Positions 38,701 through 52,952 of a DNA stretch of 64,000 nt are shown piece after piece; the first letter of the stretch is position 1; each line of letters starts with the position of its first letter. Under the pieces are notes generated by a model. That model saw nothing but the letters and a program-made list of their open reading frames with translations, was not told the origin of the DNA and searched no databases. Origin of the DNA: Marsupella aquatica (lineage: Eukaryota; Plantae; Marchantiophyta); assembly GCA_973895155.1 (NCBI GenBank), contig OZ316897.1, forward strand, positions 18,386,457-18,450,456, given 5' to 3'. Both the position numbers and the translations under genes were made by a program.

Positions 38701-40245
38701 GTATTGAAAAACCATTCGAGAAAGTTTATAAAGTACCCATAATTCGCTCGATCTGATCAACGTTCCGGCTGCACAATGTAGTCTCTGTGCTCTTTGAAAG
38801 AGCTTCGTCGTGACTTTAACCAACCATGTCAATCACGACTTGATTCGCCAGACTGAGTTCTCAAATGGTCTATTGAAGAAACCATGAGCTCTGGAGCTCA
38901 CGATAACTAGTTCGTAGTTATATACCTGAGACGCGAATGGTCAGCACCCCCCACGTTGTGATTGCCATGGATGCATGATGCGCTAGCATGCATGACACTC
39001 TCGTATCCAGTTGTGACACTCCCGTATCAGGTTGAAGAACTGGATTGATTGGCAACACGTAATCCCACTTACGAAGCATGAGGAGCTAGAGCAGCCAAAG
39101 GGGTTGAGACAGGTGAGACGGTCGAAGAATATCGAATCGCAACGAGACCGAGTTCAGCTCAGTACTCACTTTTAAGGAAATCGTACGGATCTCAGTAAAT
39201 ACCATGACAAAGCTGTGCATACGTAAGGGCTAGGAAGCTAGGCCTGCCATCCTTGAGTATCCGAGCTCGGGGGAGACCTTTTCGGTACAGTTACAAGACA
39301 TTCTTCTCAGCTAGTCATAGTCGAAAGCACCTGAGTCAATGTCCTAATTTGAACCCAGACAGGTATGCTAAACATGTCTCTTCCATAGCTTCACGGAAAC
39401 ACTTACCTGTAATAGTCAAAGAGCAGTATCTCTCACTATGACATGTACACGCGTCTTGGAAAAGGCTGCGGTGTTTGGCGAAGCATGGTGTAATTTAAGG
39501 TAGCAATTGTCTCGAATGCGAGTTCTGATGTACCATAAGCTGTCAATTTGCAACAGTACGCACAAGACTGGTGACTCACCTCCCATTTGTCGGAACCTCA
39601 AACTCCTGAATTCCAAGTGTTAGGATTCTATTCCACCATGCCTCCATCGCTTTGCCTTCACCATTCGATCTCTCCCCTAGTTTTACTCCGCTTTAATCAT
39701 CTCAAGCTGCTTTTCGGCACCACGCTTTGAGTACAAACTGCAAAATCACTGTCGATTACTCGCCCACGCCGCAATACACTTATAACAGGACTACAGGAGT
39801 AACTTGTCTCGATCTGTCTGGGTGCTTATGTCAAAAGTGCCTAACGGTGATGACAGTGGGGCCGAAGAAGATCGATTACGTGTCCTCAAGTAAACAGCCT
39901 CAAGGGGGTGCACATCTGATGTCGCAAGCAGATGCAGAGTGAAAGCCATGTCCAGGTTCGACCCGACAAAAAGCTCTTGCTCGTCGAATGTGTACACATG
40001 GCATTGGACAGATCGATTTCAGTTCCACTCCACCTGTGCAGCTCGGATTTGGACTGTTTGCAGGAGCAACTGTCAGTCTAGCATGTGACAAGAATCTACT
40101 AATTTGCACGGCGACAGGGCAAATCAGCTTATTTTTTAATTAACGTTTTTCATTTTTAGCATGTGTTGCAAATGTTTGCTTGCACGGGAAGAGATGCTTG
40201 GAGTGCTAGGAATATTGTTTATAAGTTTTCACACTATTAAATCCT

Positions 40246-40335
40246 GACCGTCACATATCCCTGTACTTAGGGACCGTCACATACCCCTATACTTAGGGAG
40301 GAGTACCAGATATCCCTATATTGAGGGACGAGTAC
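40246..40335. repeat. Short degenerate tandem repeat, ~26-29 bp x3
   Basis: GACCGTCACATA(T/C)CCCT(G/A)TACTTAGGGA repeated. Confidence 0.75.
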
Positions 40336-43300
40336 CATTAGATTCTGGCAATGGGGTCCATATGGTATAAGAAAATAGTTTTGGCCAAAAGTGGCAAACA
40401 CTTTTGGGGGAGGTGGAATTTGGCGAAAATTGGCACCTAAAAAATAGGCAGGGGCTAGTCATACATGCTGAAAAGTGATCTTGATTCTGGACTTGAACTT
40501 GCCTGATTTGTCATGAATGTCGCCTGAAGTCCTCCAGTGCAAGGAAATTTCTAACCAATTCTACTCGTCAATTTTTGGGTACACTTGTATTCCCCCAAAA
40601 GGTGTACATTTTCCAGAAGTGAGAATAGTGCGTTTCGTGATTTCTGTCTTGTTAGGTTTTGGGGGGTTGTGAAACCAACAAACTGAGTGCTTTCTGGAAA
40701 ACAATGAACAGTGCAGATTTAGATTTGTTCCAGTGAGGTCATTGTGCCACTTCAAGCACGGACGCTGCAGCAACAAATCTGTCCATGGTAGACTCCATAG
40801 CAAAGGGGCAGTGGACTCCTCTGAAACGTCTCAAGCTTTAACATCTGATGTACTTTAACTTAGTAGTTAAGGTTAGGGACAAAAAAAAGCAATGAACTAC
40901 CTAATTCACAAAGCCCTTAACTTTTTTCTATAAAGATTGGTCATATTCTATGACCATAAGTCTCTGTAGATTGAAGTTAGTGAAAACAACAAAACTTTTA
41001 CAGATGACCATTTGTTTCTGGCCAAAAACCATCTCCTTAACTATGAAGCTTTGAAACACCTAATGACTTGTCCAAAGAAGAAAAGCAAGAAGAAGGTCCA
41101 AAATGTGGGAGAGAGATTGGGCAAGGAGAACTGTGACGCCCAAGCATCTAAACACTATATAAAAATATTGTAATAATGTGAACAATAATAATACTTGTAT
41201 CAAACATTGGCTTCTCCCTTCTATTTTGGTACTTGTGGTTGCCCCCCTGGTTTTAGATATTTTAGCTACCAATTTTGAGTGCAAACTCTTATCTGGATTC
41301 TAACCTTTTTCTCTGGAGACAAAATTGAAAAATTACACCAATATTACTAAATGGGCCTATCGACTGCTTCAAAATGATGAATCCCTTTGAAGTTTAACTG
41401 ACCAAGTTCCAACAATTCTTATTTTTGAAACATTCTACATAGATTGGTTCTATCACTGTAAGCCCTACAATACTGCTCACAATACTTCTATCGCTGTTTG
41501 TTTTTTGAATGTTAACACAACACTTCAGTGCTACTTGCAAGTATGTTGTTTGCTCTCTAGTTGTTAACACAACAATTCAATGTTAGTAGCAATAGAAGTA
41601 TATTGCTGTTCAAAATGGTAACACAACACTTCAATGTTACTTGCAATAGTGGTCTTATTATTTGCTTCTGAATACAAAATACATGCATATAAGTCTCAGG
41701 GTTATTAATGACAAATATGATGAAATCTCGGGGGTCCTGCTTGCATATAATATAGGTATTATCTTAGCATCACCTCAGTGACACACAAGGTACCATCAGG
41801 CCGGACATCAGGTACACTGGAAAATTCTAAAATTTCTTTAAATTACCCTAGACAGAGGAGCACGCAGGAACTTTATTGGGGATTGCAATAGCTCTAGAGG
41901 CATCTTTGCTTTGTCTCGGTTAGTTGTAGTGTGTGAGAAAACAGAACCAAATTATTCATAGTACCATTCATACCTTTTTCTCATAGGACTTTGCTAGCAA
42001 ACTTAGCCCAAGCTAACCAATACTTGCTTTGGAACATCTTAACTTTTGTGTCGTTTTTAGTGATAAACCCAATATTAAGGACTCTTCTCTTAGCTGGCCA
42101 CTATAAAGGTGCAACTCTGCCAAATTCCAAAATTGAAAGGCGCTAAGAACCACTCCTTTGACTCCCTAGAGATAAACTTCTCCCTTGCAAAAGCTCAAAA
42201 TTCATGTCTGCCCCCATCATACAATACCTCCTCCTTCGTCTTGGGACCAATGGTGGAAACATGATCAACAGCTGTGGTACACTTAACTCTCTCTCTAAGT
42301 GCATGCTAGGGAAGAGAGAATCTGGTCCAGCATCCACTAAACCAGGTGTTGCATCCAATCATTGCTATGCACACACCCCCTAAATGTACACAATTCACAT
42401 TCTTTTGTTAAATGTGTAATAGGCCCACTCAGAGGTCAGCCGCGTACCTAGTAGCCCTGCCCAAAATTCTGTGCCCAAACTTCTTCCCTACATTTTTAGC
42501 TCTACCAAGACTGAGCATGCATTTATAAGTAAAATAATGCAATTTATGGGATTGTTTGTTTACCAATAAGTATATATAAACACTTATTAAGAATATGCGC
42601 TTATAAAATTGTGGTTTAGTAAAATGATCACTGGCCCGTGTGCACTTATAAAATATGCTTTTCAAGTGGTCTGAAATAAAAGGGAAGAACAGGATGCCCT
42701 GCCCTTAACCAGGTAATGGGCTTATAAAAGGGAATTACATGATGCCCTGCCCTTACACAGATACCGCACTTATGGAGTGCACGTTTAGACAGAGCCTACT
42801 GTAGTTTGGTCATGATGATGTAGGCCTTCTAGAGGTTGGGTCTGCCCACCCTGCCTGTAAACATACCTCCAAATGTGTTAACATATGATGTGCACTGCCT
42901 TCTAGAGACTGGGTCTGCCCTGCCTGTAATCACACATCAAAATGTGTTAATATATGGTCTGTTGTGCACTAGCTGATTTAAAAACGGCTCTCATCATTGT
43001 ATGGAGCGATATGGAGCGATGTCCTATGTCATATTCCTATTCCTAGGTCCGGTCCATCACTACCGTTAATTAACTCTTGCAGGAGTTTTGACTCGAGCTA
43101 TTGGGGAATCGAGCCTTTGTTGAATCTCATTCATTACTGTAGTGAAGAATCAGGAGTAAACTCAGGACCAAATTAGGAAAGTTGAGAACAACCGAACCAC
43201 ATGTTTTCCAAGGACAGTTTCATCGAGAGAATCGATCTAATATGTGTAGGTTTGTGCGTGATTGCCTTGGGGGGCTCCACTTCACTTCCGCACACATCTC

Positions 43301-44847
43301 TTTCTCTGTTCATTGCAGGCACAAATTACTTTTTGCATCGTTCGAGCCGCTTCCGTTGTTGTGGCTCGTTCATCATTACAATCTGAAGTACCGTTGGCAA
43401 TTTTATGAAGAGATATACGAATGGCTAAAAGCGATGGAAAGTGTTGTGACTGACAGTGAACTCAAAAAAACTCTTTTTCAGAGAGGAAGGTAAGAAATTG
43501 AGGTCCCGGAATCCGCAAGAGCGCCAGTCTCTGATGTGACCGAAAAATCACGACTCTCAACTTAGAAAAACCACGACTCTTAGCTTGAAATGAAATATCA
43601 GATCGAAAGAACAATTCGGTTTAAGACATGACGCCAGATGCAGAAACCCCGGTGCAAAATAAAATGCATTTATTCGCAAGGATTCTCAGATATATTGAAA
43701 CTTATGCCGGATAACGATTATCTATGTCCACATTTTGAACTTCCTAATGAGAACTATAAAGCTCTTCAGTGCCACGACCAGCACAACGTGCTGCGATCTA
43801 GAGCTCCTACAAAATAATGAACACTACTAGTATTGTATTTACCAATAACTATGAGTTGGGAATTGAACTGCACTGTCAATCTCAATATCAAAAATGGACG
43901 AAGAGCCTCACTCTAACGGCAGATTCTCTGTTCTTCAATACTCCTCTCTGTAGTGCTCATCGCATCTTCCTGCATGATTGAGGCTCTGAAATAATTCCTG
44001 ACCTGTGATGTTTGCGCTTTTGGCCCAATAGGTCCAACTCCGGGGAGCAGCTTGCCATTAGTTGTTTCTATCACATTTAAACTATAAAGTTCCCCGATGG
44101 AAGAAGTACGTTGACCGACGTATCCATCGGCTCCATACGACTCCTCCTACTGTCTTGACGAATAAACTCTACGACCATGACAAATCATTTCGATCAATCT
44201 GCAAACAACCACACCAAATTGCTACAACAGAATACTGGGAATTGGCCTGCGCAGCTAGCTGTCCTGTAGACGGATGTCCACAGCAGAATTTTTGCCGGCT
44301 GCCATCGGGAGTTTAACGAATCTAAAGCAGGCAGAATGAAGCCTTCGTAGTGCAAAGCAGGCACCATTAAGTGAGATGGTTCCGCTGCCATGGGTATGCA
44401 AGGTAGAGAAATTTGCCCCGATATGACAACACCTGGTTGCCAATCGCTGTTGGTGCTGTGCGGGGAAGGAGGGACTCCCACGACCAAATCATTTGTCTCG
44501 ACTGATCCGTTCATCAGTCCAACCAGTAATCCAGTCCACTTCTGTTGTGGTCAATGCAATGCTTTCGAGAGCTCCGGGTGTGGTCCTCCAGACCACCAGC
44601 GCGGATGGTATTCCGCTGGCCAAGCTATTTGAAGGCGTCCAGCTGGCTGCAACTGTACAAGGTGAACAGACAAACTCCTAAACTTCGAAATATTCCCTCC
44701 ATCTCTATCCCAATTCTTAGAAGAAACTGCAAGCCTGTTGGGGTCCTTCCCAAGACTCCTATCGCCCGACAAATTACTCAAAATTTGGCAAAGGAGCAAG
44801 GTGGGCAATCTTGTACCCGAATTGCACATCTTGATCGAAAGAATTTC

Positions 44848-47800
44848 TTATTTCGGCTTCACTGTCATCGTTGCCCCGTAAGCACCACTGTATCTGAATG
44901 TATCTGAGGGATAGAGAGCCTCTGGACTAGCCTGCGGAAAATCGCTGGACAGAAGCTCCTCCTGGTCGTTTTCAAACTCATCGGCGAATTTCACCTTCTT
45001 GACGCCACTCTCGATATCCATTGCTCGTACACCCCCTTTTCTTTTGGAGAACACGTCCAAACCTTGCAATTGCTTGACGACCTCTGCCGTCGTCGGGCGA
45101 CTGGCACCATCCTCCTCCACGCAGCTGAGAGCGATCTTCAAGTACGGTTCCAAGTCTTCCGACGGAATGTCTTGCATGGCTGGGTCCATGAGGGGACGCA
45201 AGGCGTCAATCCCGCTCCTGTCCAAGGCATTCCGGAACTCGCGCACCACGAACCTGCCTTGATCGATGGGCGGCCTGGCAGTAAGCAGCTCCAGCAGGAC
45301 GATTCCGAAGCTGTAGACATCGCTCTTGTCCGTGAGATTCTGCGTCATGTAGTACTCCGGATCGAGGTAGCCCTGCAGTCGCAGACAACCAGAGAGTCAG
45401 ACTAACTCACAGAATGCATCGACGAACCTTGACTGATCTGTCACTTGACCGCAACTATCAAATACTCCACGGTCTCAAATAAACTCGAGTGAATACAAAG
45501 AACCCTGGAGATGATGTGCTTACCAGAGTTCCCTTGACGTTGATGGAGTACACGAGTTTCTCTCCCTCGTCCGGAGCAAGCTTGGAGAGCCCAAAATCAG
45601 CGACCTTGGCCACCAGCTTCTCGTTCAGAAGGATGTTCGCAGACTTGATGTCACGGTGGATGATTGGAGGACTGGCGTGGTCGTGCAGGTAATTGATCCC
45701 GATTGCAGATGCCAGAGCAATTTCAAGTCTCGCCTGCCATGAGAGTGGCTGGTCTCCTCGCCCTGTGGTCCAACAACAGTATAGTTAAGAACAAATTAAA
45801 AACAATAGATAGCCTCCGCCTCTGACCACTTCCACAAAACTGTATGCATCTGCAAATTTAACTCCGTCAATCCTTCCTGGCATCTTGTCCGTTTGCAAAG
45901 AGACAACCAGGTCCAATAACAGAGGTCTACTGTATCAGCAATTGTCGTTAACAAACTCTCTTGTCGTTGGTCTGGGTTAAAATTATCTTCAACCGTATCG
46001 AATACTTTAGACGATGCACTTGCGCAACTCAAGAAAAGCATTGACAGCCGTCCAAACTGACACTGCGTTTGCAACTGGGAGGAAAGCTTTACTGAAGGTA
46101 TCCTATTCCTGTATGCTAAAATTGGGTGACGGTGAACAGTCCTTCAAGTTGACCGAGGAAACGAGAGCCAGCCTGACCGGACGGTCCGATAGATCGTGAC
46201 ACAGACGAGGAACTAGAATCAGTTAACATACCTTTCAGGTGATCGGTGAGGGTCCCATTGGACATGAATTCGTAGATGAGGGCTTGCTCTCCTCCCTCGT
46301 AACAAAATCCTACCAGCCCCAGCAGGTTTCTGTGGTGCACTCTAGAGAGAAGTTCGATCTCATTCTTGAACTCGTTTGCGCCCTGCATGGAGCCCTCCGT
46401 CGCCCTCTTGATGGCCACAAGGTCACCATTAGGAAGCTCTCCTCGGTATACTTTGCCGTAGCCTCCCATGCCGATCAAGTTGTCATCGCTCCAGTTGTCT
46501 GTGTACACCTTGAGCTCTGCAAGTGAGAACCAGCGAGCACCCTTGAGCTTCGGGGCCTCCCCAAACTCAGCACTGCCTCCGCCCCATGAAGCTGGATCAC
46601 AAGAAAGGGCGTATCAGGCCAGTTAGTCTTAAGAGACCTGACAACATCATACATCCGACTTCAATTCCTCACTTTTTCATCATTTGCAGGTTAGTTTGAC
46701 AGAACAAACAGGGATAGTCGAACTTAAACCGCAATCCTGTCAACTTGAACTGTAAGGTGTTTTCAAACCCATTCCGAGGGGCACTTACTACCAAAAATGC
46801 CATTTTTCTTGAGATTTTTCGAGACTCAAGACCCTCAAAAACTTAGTGAAAACAAAAACAAATAAACTGAAGCGTGTGAGGTGCATACCAAATGGGTTGT
46901 TCATAACTGCCCTGTCTGCTCGCATCTTATGGTACACGGCATAAATCACGCTGACCGCAACAACCAATACACCAAAGACGGCTCCAACGGCTATGCCAAT
47001 TACCACACCAGTGCTCAAGGCTTTATGGCCACTGGACCTCCCTACAATCAGCAATCAGTAGACACCCGCCACAATTAGCACTGGTTGCCATCACCAAATT
47101 CCAACAAAATGTGTCAACACTAACGCAAACTTTGCTCACTTCTTTCACTCAATAAGCAACAAAAAAGTTGAGAGATAGGAATGTGACTTCATGCTTCCCG
47201 CGATTTGTTCATAAATTTTCATCAATCACCAGACGCACGGTATCCCGAAGGAATTGTATAACACTAGGTCCTTTCGTTCGCAATATCTGTCCAGTCACTG
47301 CGTGTTTGAGGTTCTATTTCGACTTCAGCAGAAAACATCTTTCAAAGAATGCACTAGCGAGGAAATCAGAGCAGAAAGTACACCTGCAATGAAAGAGTTT
47401 TTCAATAAATATGCGCCTTCCTGGAGAACGATACGATGATGCCGAAGAGAAGTAGTGATGTTATCTGATACAGTGCTTGGCAGATAGTCACCGCTATTAG
47501 GGAACACCCATACCAATGCCTCTATAGTTGCACTCGGCAAATAATTCATAGTTCTGACAAATGTCTGATTCTTAAACAGCCCAAAAGCCGCAACCAAATC
47601 GATCTCCAGGTCATTTGCTACACTGTCTAAGTTAGAGAAAGCTGGCACTGTCAGCAGTATGTCCAACTCCAAAGGGTACGAACAGCTGCACAACAATATC
47701 AAGACGAACATGAATATATATGTCAGACCGCGTCCGAGACAAGGAACGTCCTTTTGCTTAGATCCTAGATTGGCATGACGAGCATTCACTATGACAGGTT

Positions 47801-50800
47801 TCAATAGTGCTCGCTAAAGGGAGACCACATAACCGAGAACGCACTTGAGATCTTGGTAACGTGAGCTCACCTGCATGTGTACCAGTTCAAGTACTTGCCG
47901 CTACCACAATCGAAGGATTGGCCATAGCAATATGAGCTAACTATAGGATGGCTCCATAACTCCGATCCAGAGTCCCCAAGGCAAGAGCTTGGAAGACTCA
48001 GGTAAATGTTCTGGCAAATAGGATTCTGTTGAAGCCTGACAAGACAAACAGTTCCAAGTAATGCCCAGTTAGAAACTTTTCGCACACAGAATGGCTGATA
48101 ACCAGTAGAGGTGTTCTATACGGGGTCATAGGTAAGTGCAATTCGTTTCTTTGATGGCAACCTCATGCTTTGTAAAAACTATTCCTGGCAACAATCTGTA
48201 GACTCGGCTATTGCTAGCCAGAAGTAACCGACGCACTGAGAGGGGGAACAAAAGTTTCAATAGCGTTATATCGGAGAGTCGACCTCGATTCCGCTAAGAC
48301 AAATCTGGACAAGGAAGGCCATTGACCAAAATAAGAAAAGAAGCGGTGAGCAAGAATTCAACTCACAAGATAGAAGTGTTCATGTTGGAATGGGTTGGGA
48401 ACCCATCAAAACCAGTGATGTTATTGCCTAGTAGATTTATGCTCATCAGAGTCGGAGATGTGGTGTTTTGGAACAGAAGTGTGCCACTGATTTGGTTGGA
48501 GCTCAAATCTCTGGTCATTGACACAAATTTACACACGAAGGTGAGCTATCAAGTTACCCACAAAAATTTAAGCACGAGATGACTACTCAGAATGCATAAA
48601 TGACGGAATTCTAAATTATTGACTCTTTGGCGACTTACATTGCCTGAATTGCTTGGAGATCGAAGAGACCCGGAGGAATCGACCCACTGAGTTTCATGCC
48701 AGCTAAATTTCTGCAGACAAACAGAAAGTTCAAAGTAAGGACAAAAGGGCCACGCTAAATGATTTCAGCATCCCAATAACTTTACAAAGCTGTCCTCACC
48801 ACAACAGGAGCGATCTTACAAACAAATGTAAAACAAAACCATCCCACCACAACGCCCATCAGAAAACATCTGAAGGATTGAGACGTACAGAGTATTCAGC
48901 TTGGTCAGCGATAACACCCACTGAGGAAACGGTTGTGGATTAAAGTTGTTACCACTCAGGTCCCTGGCAAATCATGGAATCCACACGTAAATAAGTAGAT
49001 CGTCGTAAATAGTCATCGTCAAATACCCGATGCGCTAGAACATTAGGTCTTGCTTAAACTACTAAATGCGCACTTACAGAAAGCTTAGAAGTGGAGCATT
49101 TCCAAGGTTTGGCGCTTGTCCCGAGAACCTGTTCCCTTTAAAATTTCTGCATATCAGTGAGACAAACAATCAGCAACCCTTACCTTCAAAATATCGAGCT
49201 TATTTGCCGTATCCTGTCAGAAGTGCAATGTTGGACTTTATTAGACCTTACCATTTCCTCTCCAATCCACCTCTAGGCAATTGAACACGTTAATTTTCTA
49301 TCTTCAGCTCAAGATTCAAGTGACGCTTCTGGGAATCGGAATAAGAAGAGTTCAACGCGGTAACGATACTGAAAAGCGCAGCGATCCCTCAATTTCTGAC
49401 TTAAAATTTAATTAAGTTAATAAATTCGTCAACGCAAATGCTTTAACAAGTCGTCAGTAGCAATAAGCCTATTCGCTACAAGCGGCTACAAAACTCTACT
49501 CAAAAGCCCAAACCAAATCTAATCCATTGAAAACTTCTTTATCATTCATGACCCCTCGACAGTAATCTTGAAAGGGTTCATCATGGATCTGGTTCAACGT
49601 ACAATTCGGAGAGATTTCCAAAGCCCCCGAATCCGCTGGGTAGTGCACCGTTCATTTTGTTACCGTCTACCCTTCTGTTGATGCAAGCATGCCATCATAT
49701 TAGTCTGAAGACAGGTGATACAGACACACATTTCCTCTCGAACCAAACAATCCACTAGAAATCGAAAAAAAACATGACAGGAAAGCACTCGCTCTGAAGT
49801 GAGAAGACGATTCACTTACATCACCGACAAGCTCGGGGACAAGTCCGAGACGTTAGGTAGAAGTAGAGCCTCTTGGAGATTATTGAAATTCACCAACCTG
49901 AAAAGGTTAGAGAGCAAGAGATAAGACAAACTTAGGATCGAATTAAAGCGGGAGTAAGTTACAAACCATCGTAAACCTCAGTCGAGCACAATTTCTTGCA
50001 GGGGGACAGATTAGTTACTCGCAAGGACTATGCATATTGGCACCCATAGTTTGAGCAGGAACGCCAACAAGAACACTAGCAAAACCCACGATCTTCTGAT
50101 CTTAGTACATCTCTGATCTACCTACTTTCTGATCTTAGTACATCTCTGATCTACCTACTTTCTGATCTTCCCACACACTCAAAAAAAATGGGATGGGCCA
50201 CACTTACAAATGCTGAATATTCTTCAAAGAAAAAAATGATGGATCGACAGATCCGGTGAAACTGTTGTTGTTTAAGTGGCTGCACAATACCCATTGCATC
50301 CAGATTATGTTAGCATAGTGAAAGATATTTACTCAACTAGAACTTTCGTCGACAAACATATCTGCATTCCTCTTTTCGAACACGTTCAAGTCACTTCGTA
50401 TCAATCCGATAAAAATTCCTTAGCTGCAAAGCTACTAATATTTATGGCGCAATAACAGACGAAGAAAAGTACTCCAAGCACTTACAGATGCTCTATGTTG
50501 ATAAGATTATTTAGGCCAACTGGATTATTAGCGTCGGCTACCGGAATCGATCCGGAGAGATTATTGGTAGAAACATCAAGCCAAGTCAAGTTCGTTCTGC
50601 CGAGCGAAGCTGGTAGATTGCCACCGATGGTATTGTTGTTCAGCCCCCTACAACAGAAGATAACAAACAGTCGACATACATTGGATCGTCAGAAACGAAC
50701 GGCTCCTTCCCGAAAAGTAAAGAAGCATCCTGAAAGGGATGAATACCCTGGGTTCTTCTACAAATGTGAACTTCACAATCCGATGTAACAGAATAGTATA

Positions 50801-52952
50801 TGGATGTGATCTGAACCTTCACGATAATTCGAAGACTAAGCAAAAGTACGGTAGAAGCCGACTTACAAGAACGTAAGATGTGCAAGGTTGCCTAGCTGTG
50901 TAGGCAGCGGTCCAATCAACGAACAATACTGTATACTCCTGGACGCCAAAACGACAGTAACACAGAAAATAAGAAACGGTTGTGGTCTTCACTGTGTGAT
51001 ATATAGTGTCGAAGAGCACAGGAAAAATTCGATCTTAAGTGTGATCTTCAGTGCCCATCAAGGTACTGAACTTGTCCAAGTGGCGCAGGGTTAAAAAAGG
51101 GACAATAAGTCAGGCAGTCCATCTTTCGCTAAATGACTTGACGAAGGTACAGCATATGCACGTCCAAATTCGAAAGTGTCAAAACAAAGTGAACGGGCAC
51201 TTACAAGTACTGGAGGTTCGTCAATTGGCCAATCTCCGGCGGCAGAGGTCCGGAAAGCTGTGGGTTGCTGGACAACTCCCTGGCCACACGAAAGGCAGAA
51301 ACCTTGATAAGAGAAGGGAAAATCACAATGACAACGAAAAGTAGACAGCATTTTTAATTGGGAAGACCGAGGTGGCCGTTCGATAAAACAGAAGGGATCA
51401 GAAGAATCCGTCCACATTCATCCAAGAGGGTGAGGGCTGGTCATGAGAACTCTATACCAATCTAGTGCGGAATTTTAGTTCAGCAAGTCTTGTCGTGCTC
51501 TTCCTGTTGAATAGCGCAGACCTCCGACTAAAAGGAATTCGGTCTAGGTTTTCAAGTTCAAGCACATGGTCGATTGAGCAAATAATTCTGCTGGCTTCTT
51601 CCATAGAGCAAACCTCCAACCCAACAAAATTCTCTCTACCAAACGTAACCAAAGGACTGGGTTGGACGAGAGTGCAACGAGAAAGAGAAAGAAAACTCAC
51701 AATATGGTAAGACCAGTCAAACCCCCAATCGGAGATGATATGTGGCCGTTGAGATTCCTGAAACTCAAATCCCTGCCATCATATTTTAAGGAAACCATAG
51801 TAACAATAAGTGAACTGACTGCAAGTGGACATGAGTGAGCATTAAGAGTACAATGAAGAGTAAGTACCATATATTTAATAATACTGTCTAGCCTCTCAAC
51901 CAGTCAAATGTCAAGCATTGCGAGAAAGTGGCGACATACAGCCGTGTCACTGTCGTGTTGGACGGATCGCAGAAAACTCCATTCCATGGTTTTCCGCAGG
52001 GATCTCCAGATCCCCAGTTCAGTGCTGGGGAGGCCGTCAATGTTGTCATGAGCCCATTCAAAGCAGCAACTGAAGCAACAAAATACAAAGATTAGCGTCA
52101 GCTATCGGCTCAGTTCGTACATAAGGATGAATTCCTATCCGTCAACCAACGGTTTGATATGTTCAATCCTGAGTTCAGAATTACCAAAATTCCATGCGGA
52201 GGGTCTAGAATTTGGGCCCGGGACAGCGGTCAGATATTTTCGTGCATTAAAGGCTCAATTTGAACGGCCTGCGAGTTGGAATCTGGGCCGGGAAGCTGTG
52301 GCAGACTCATGGATGTTAGCGGAGACCGCGCAGCACCTCATACAATTCTACAATTCCCTATTCTTGCAAGTCCATCCGCTTAACAACACGACAAATTCTC
52401 CTCGAACGATCAACTAAAGCAAACACGATCGTCTCTGCGATTACAACCTCACGGCAAAGTTCATCCCCATCCCTGACTGGCCCTGCTGTTCCAACAGAGG
52501 TCGACCAAAATGTCGGGATTCCCTACGAGCGAGGTCTCTGTCATGCTGTTTCGTGGTTGTGCCACTTACAAGATATCCAGCAAAAAACCTATCCTCTATG
52601 GTCGGCCACCATGATATCTATACGAGAGAAGACTTCCAACCCTGCTCCCCGTTCTCCCAATACTCCCCAGAATGAACCGCATTCATAATGCTCTGACGAG
52701 AGTCCGAGAGCCTGAATATCGGCTTCAGGATCTTGGCAACCGACAACGTCACTCGTCCTTTCGAAAAACCCACGAGCTAAGTATAAACTTAAAACGTTAC
52801 ATCTGGAGCAACTTTACTTTGAGAAAAAATTCCTGCAAACACTCACCATCTCCAGACTTAGTCAAAGCAAGCCCTCCTTGAAGGGTCCCGCTAAAGAGAA
52901 GCACACACGCCACAAAAACCGCCATCCTCGGGTGCAAATGTGATCCGGCCAT
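44848..52952 (-). CDS. LRR receptor-like kinase, subfamily VIII-1 (HPCA1/CARD1-like), about 19-20 exons
   Basis: Signal peptide [22 protein letters not shown] and [23 protein letters not shown] series of ~72-nt single-LRR exons (e.g. [25 protein letters not shown]). Cys-rich juxtamembrane region C..C..CSCSYP and [36 protein letters not shown] and kinase motifs [36 protein letters not shown]|[23 protein letters not shown]. Confidence 0.95.
50093..50169. repeat. Intronic tandem duplication, 33-bp unit x2.3
   Basis: TTCTGATCTTAGTACATCTCTGATCTACCTACT repeated. Confidence 0.9.

Noticed and set aside
39400-40110. Possible decayed coding sequence on the minus strand
   Set aside because: There is no recognisable motif in any frame, so the evidence is insufficient.
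42450-42960. Possible MITE with weak TIRs and duplicated CTGCCCT motifs
   Set aside because: The termini are too degenerate and no TSD could be established.
44551-44847. ~99-codon open frame continuing in phase after the kinase stop codon (possible readthrough)
   Set aside because: The stop is TAA in a non-leaky context, the kinase ends in the family-typical YSG.Y...VKPK, and the extension has no recognisable motif.
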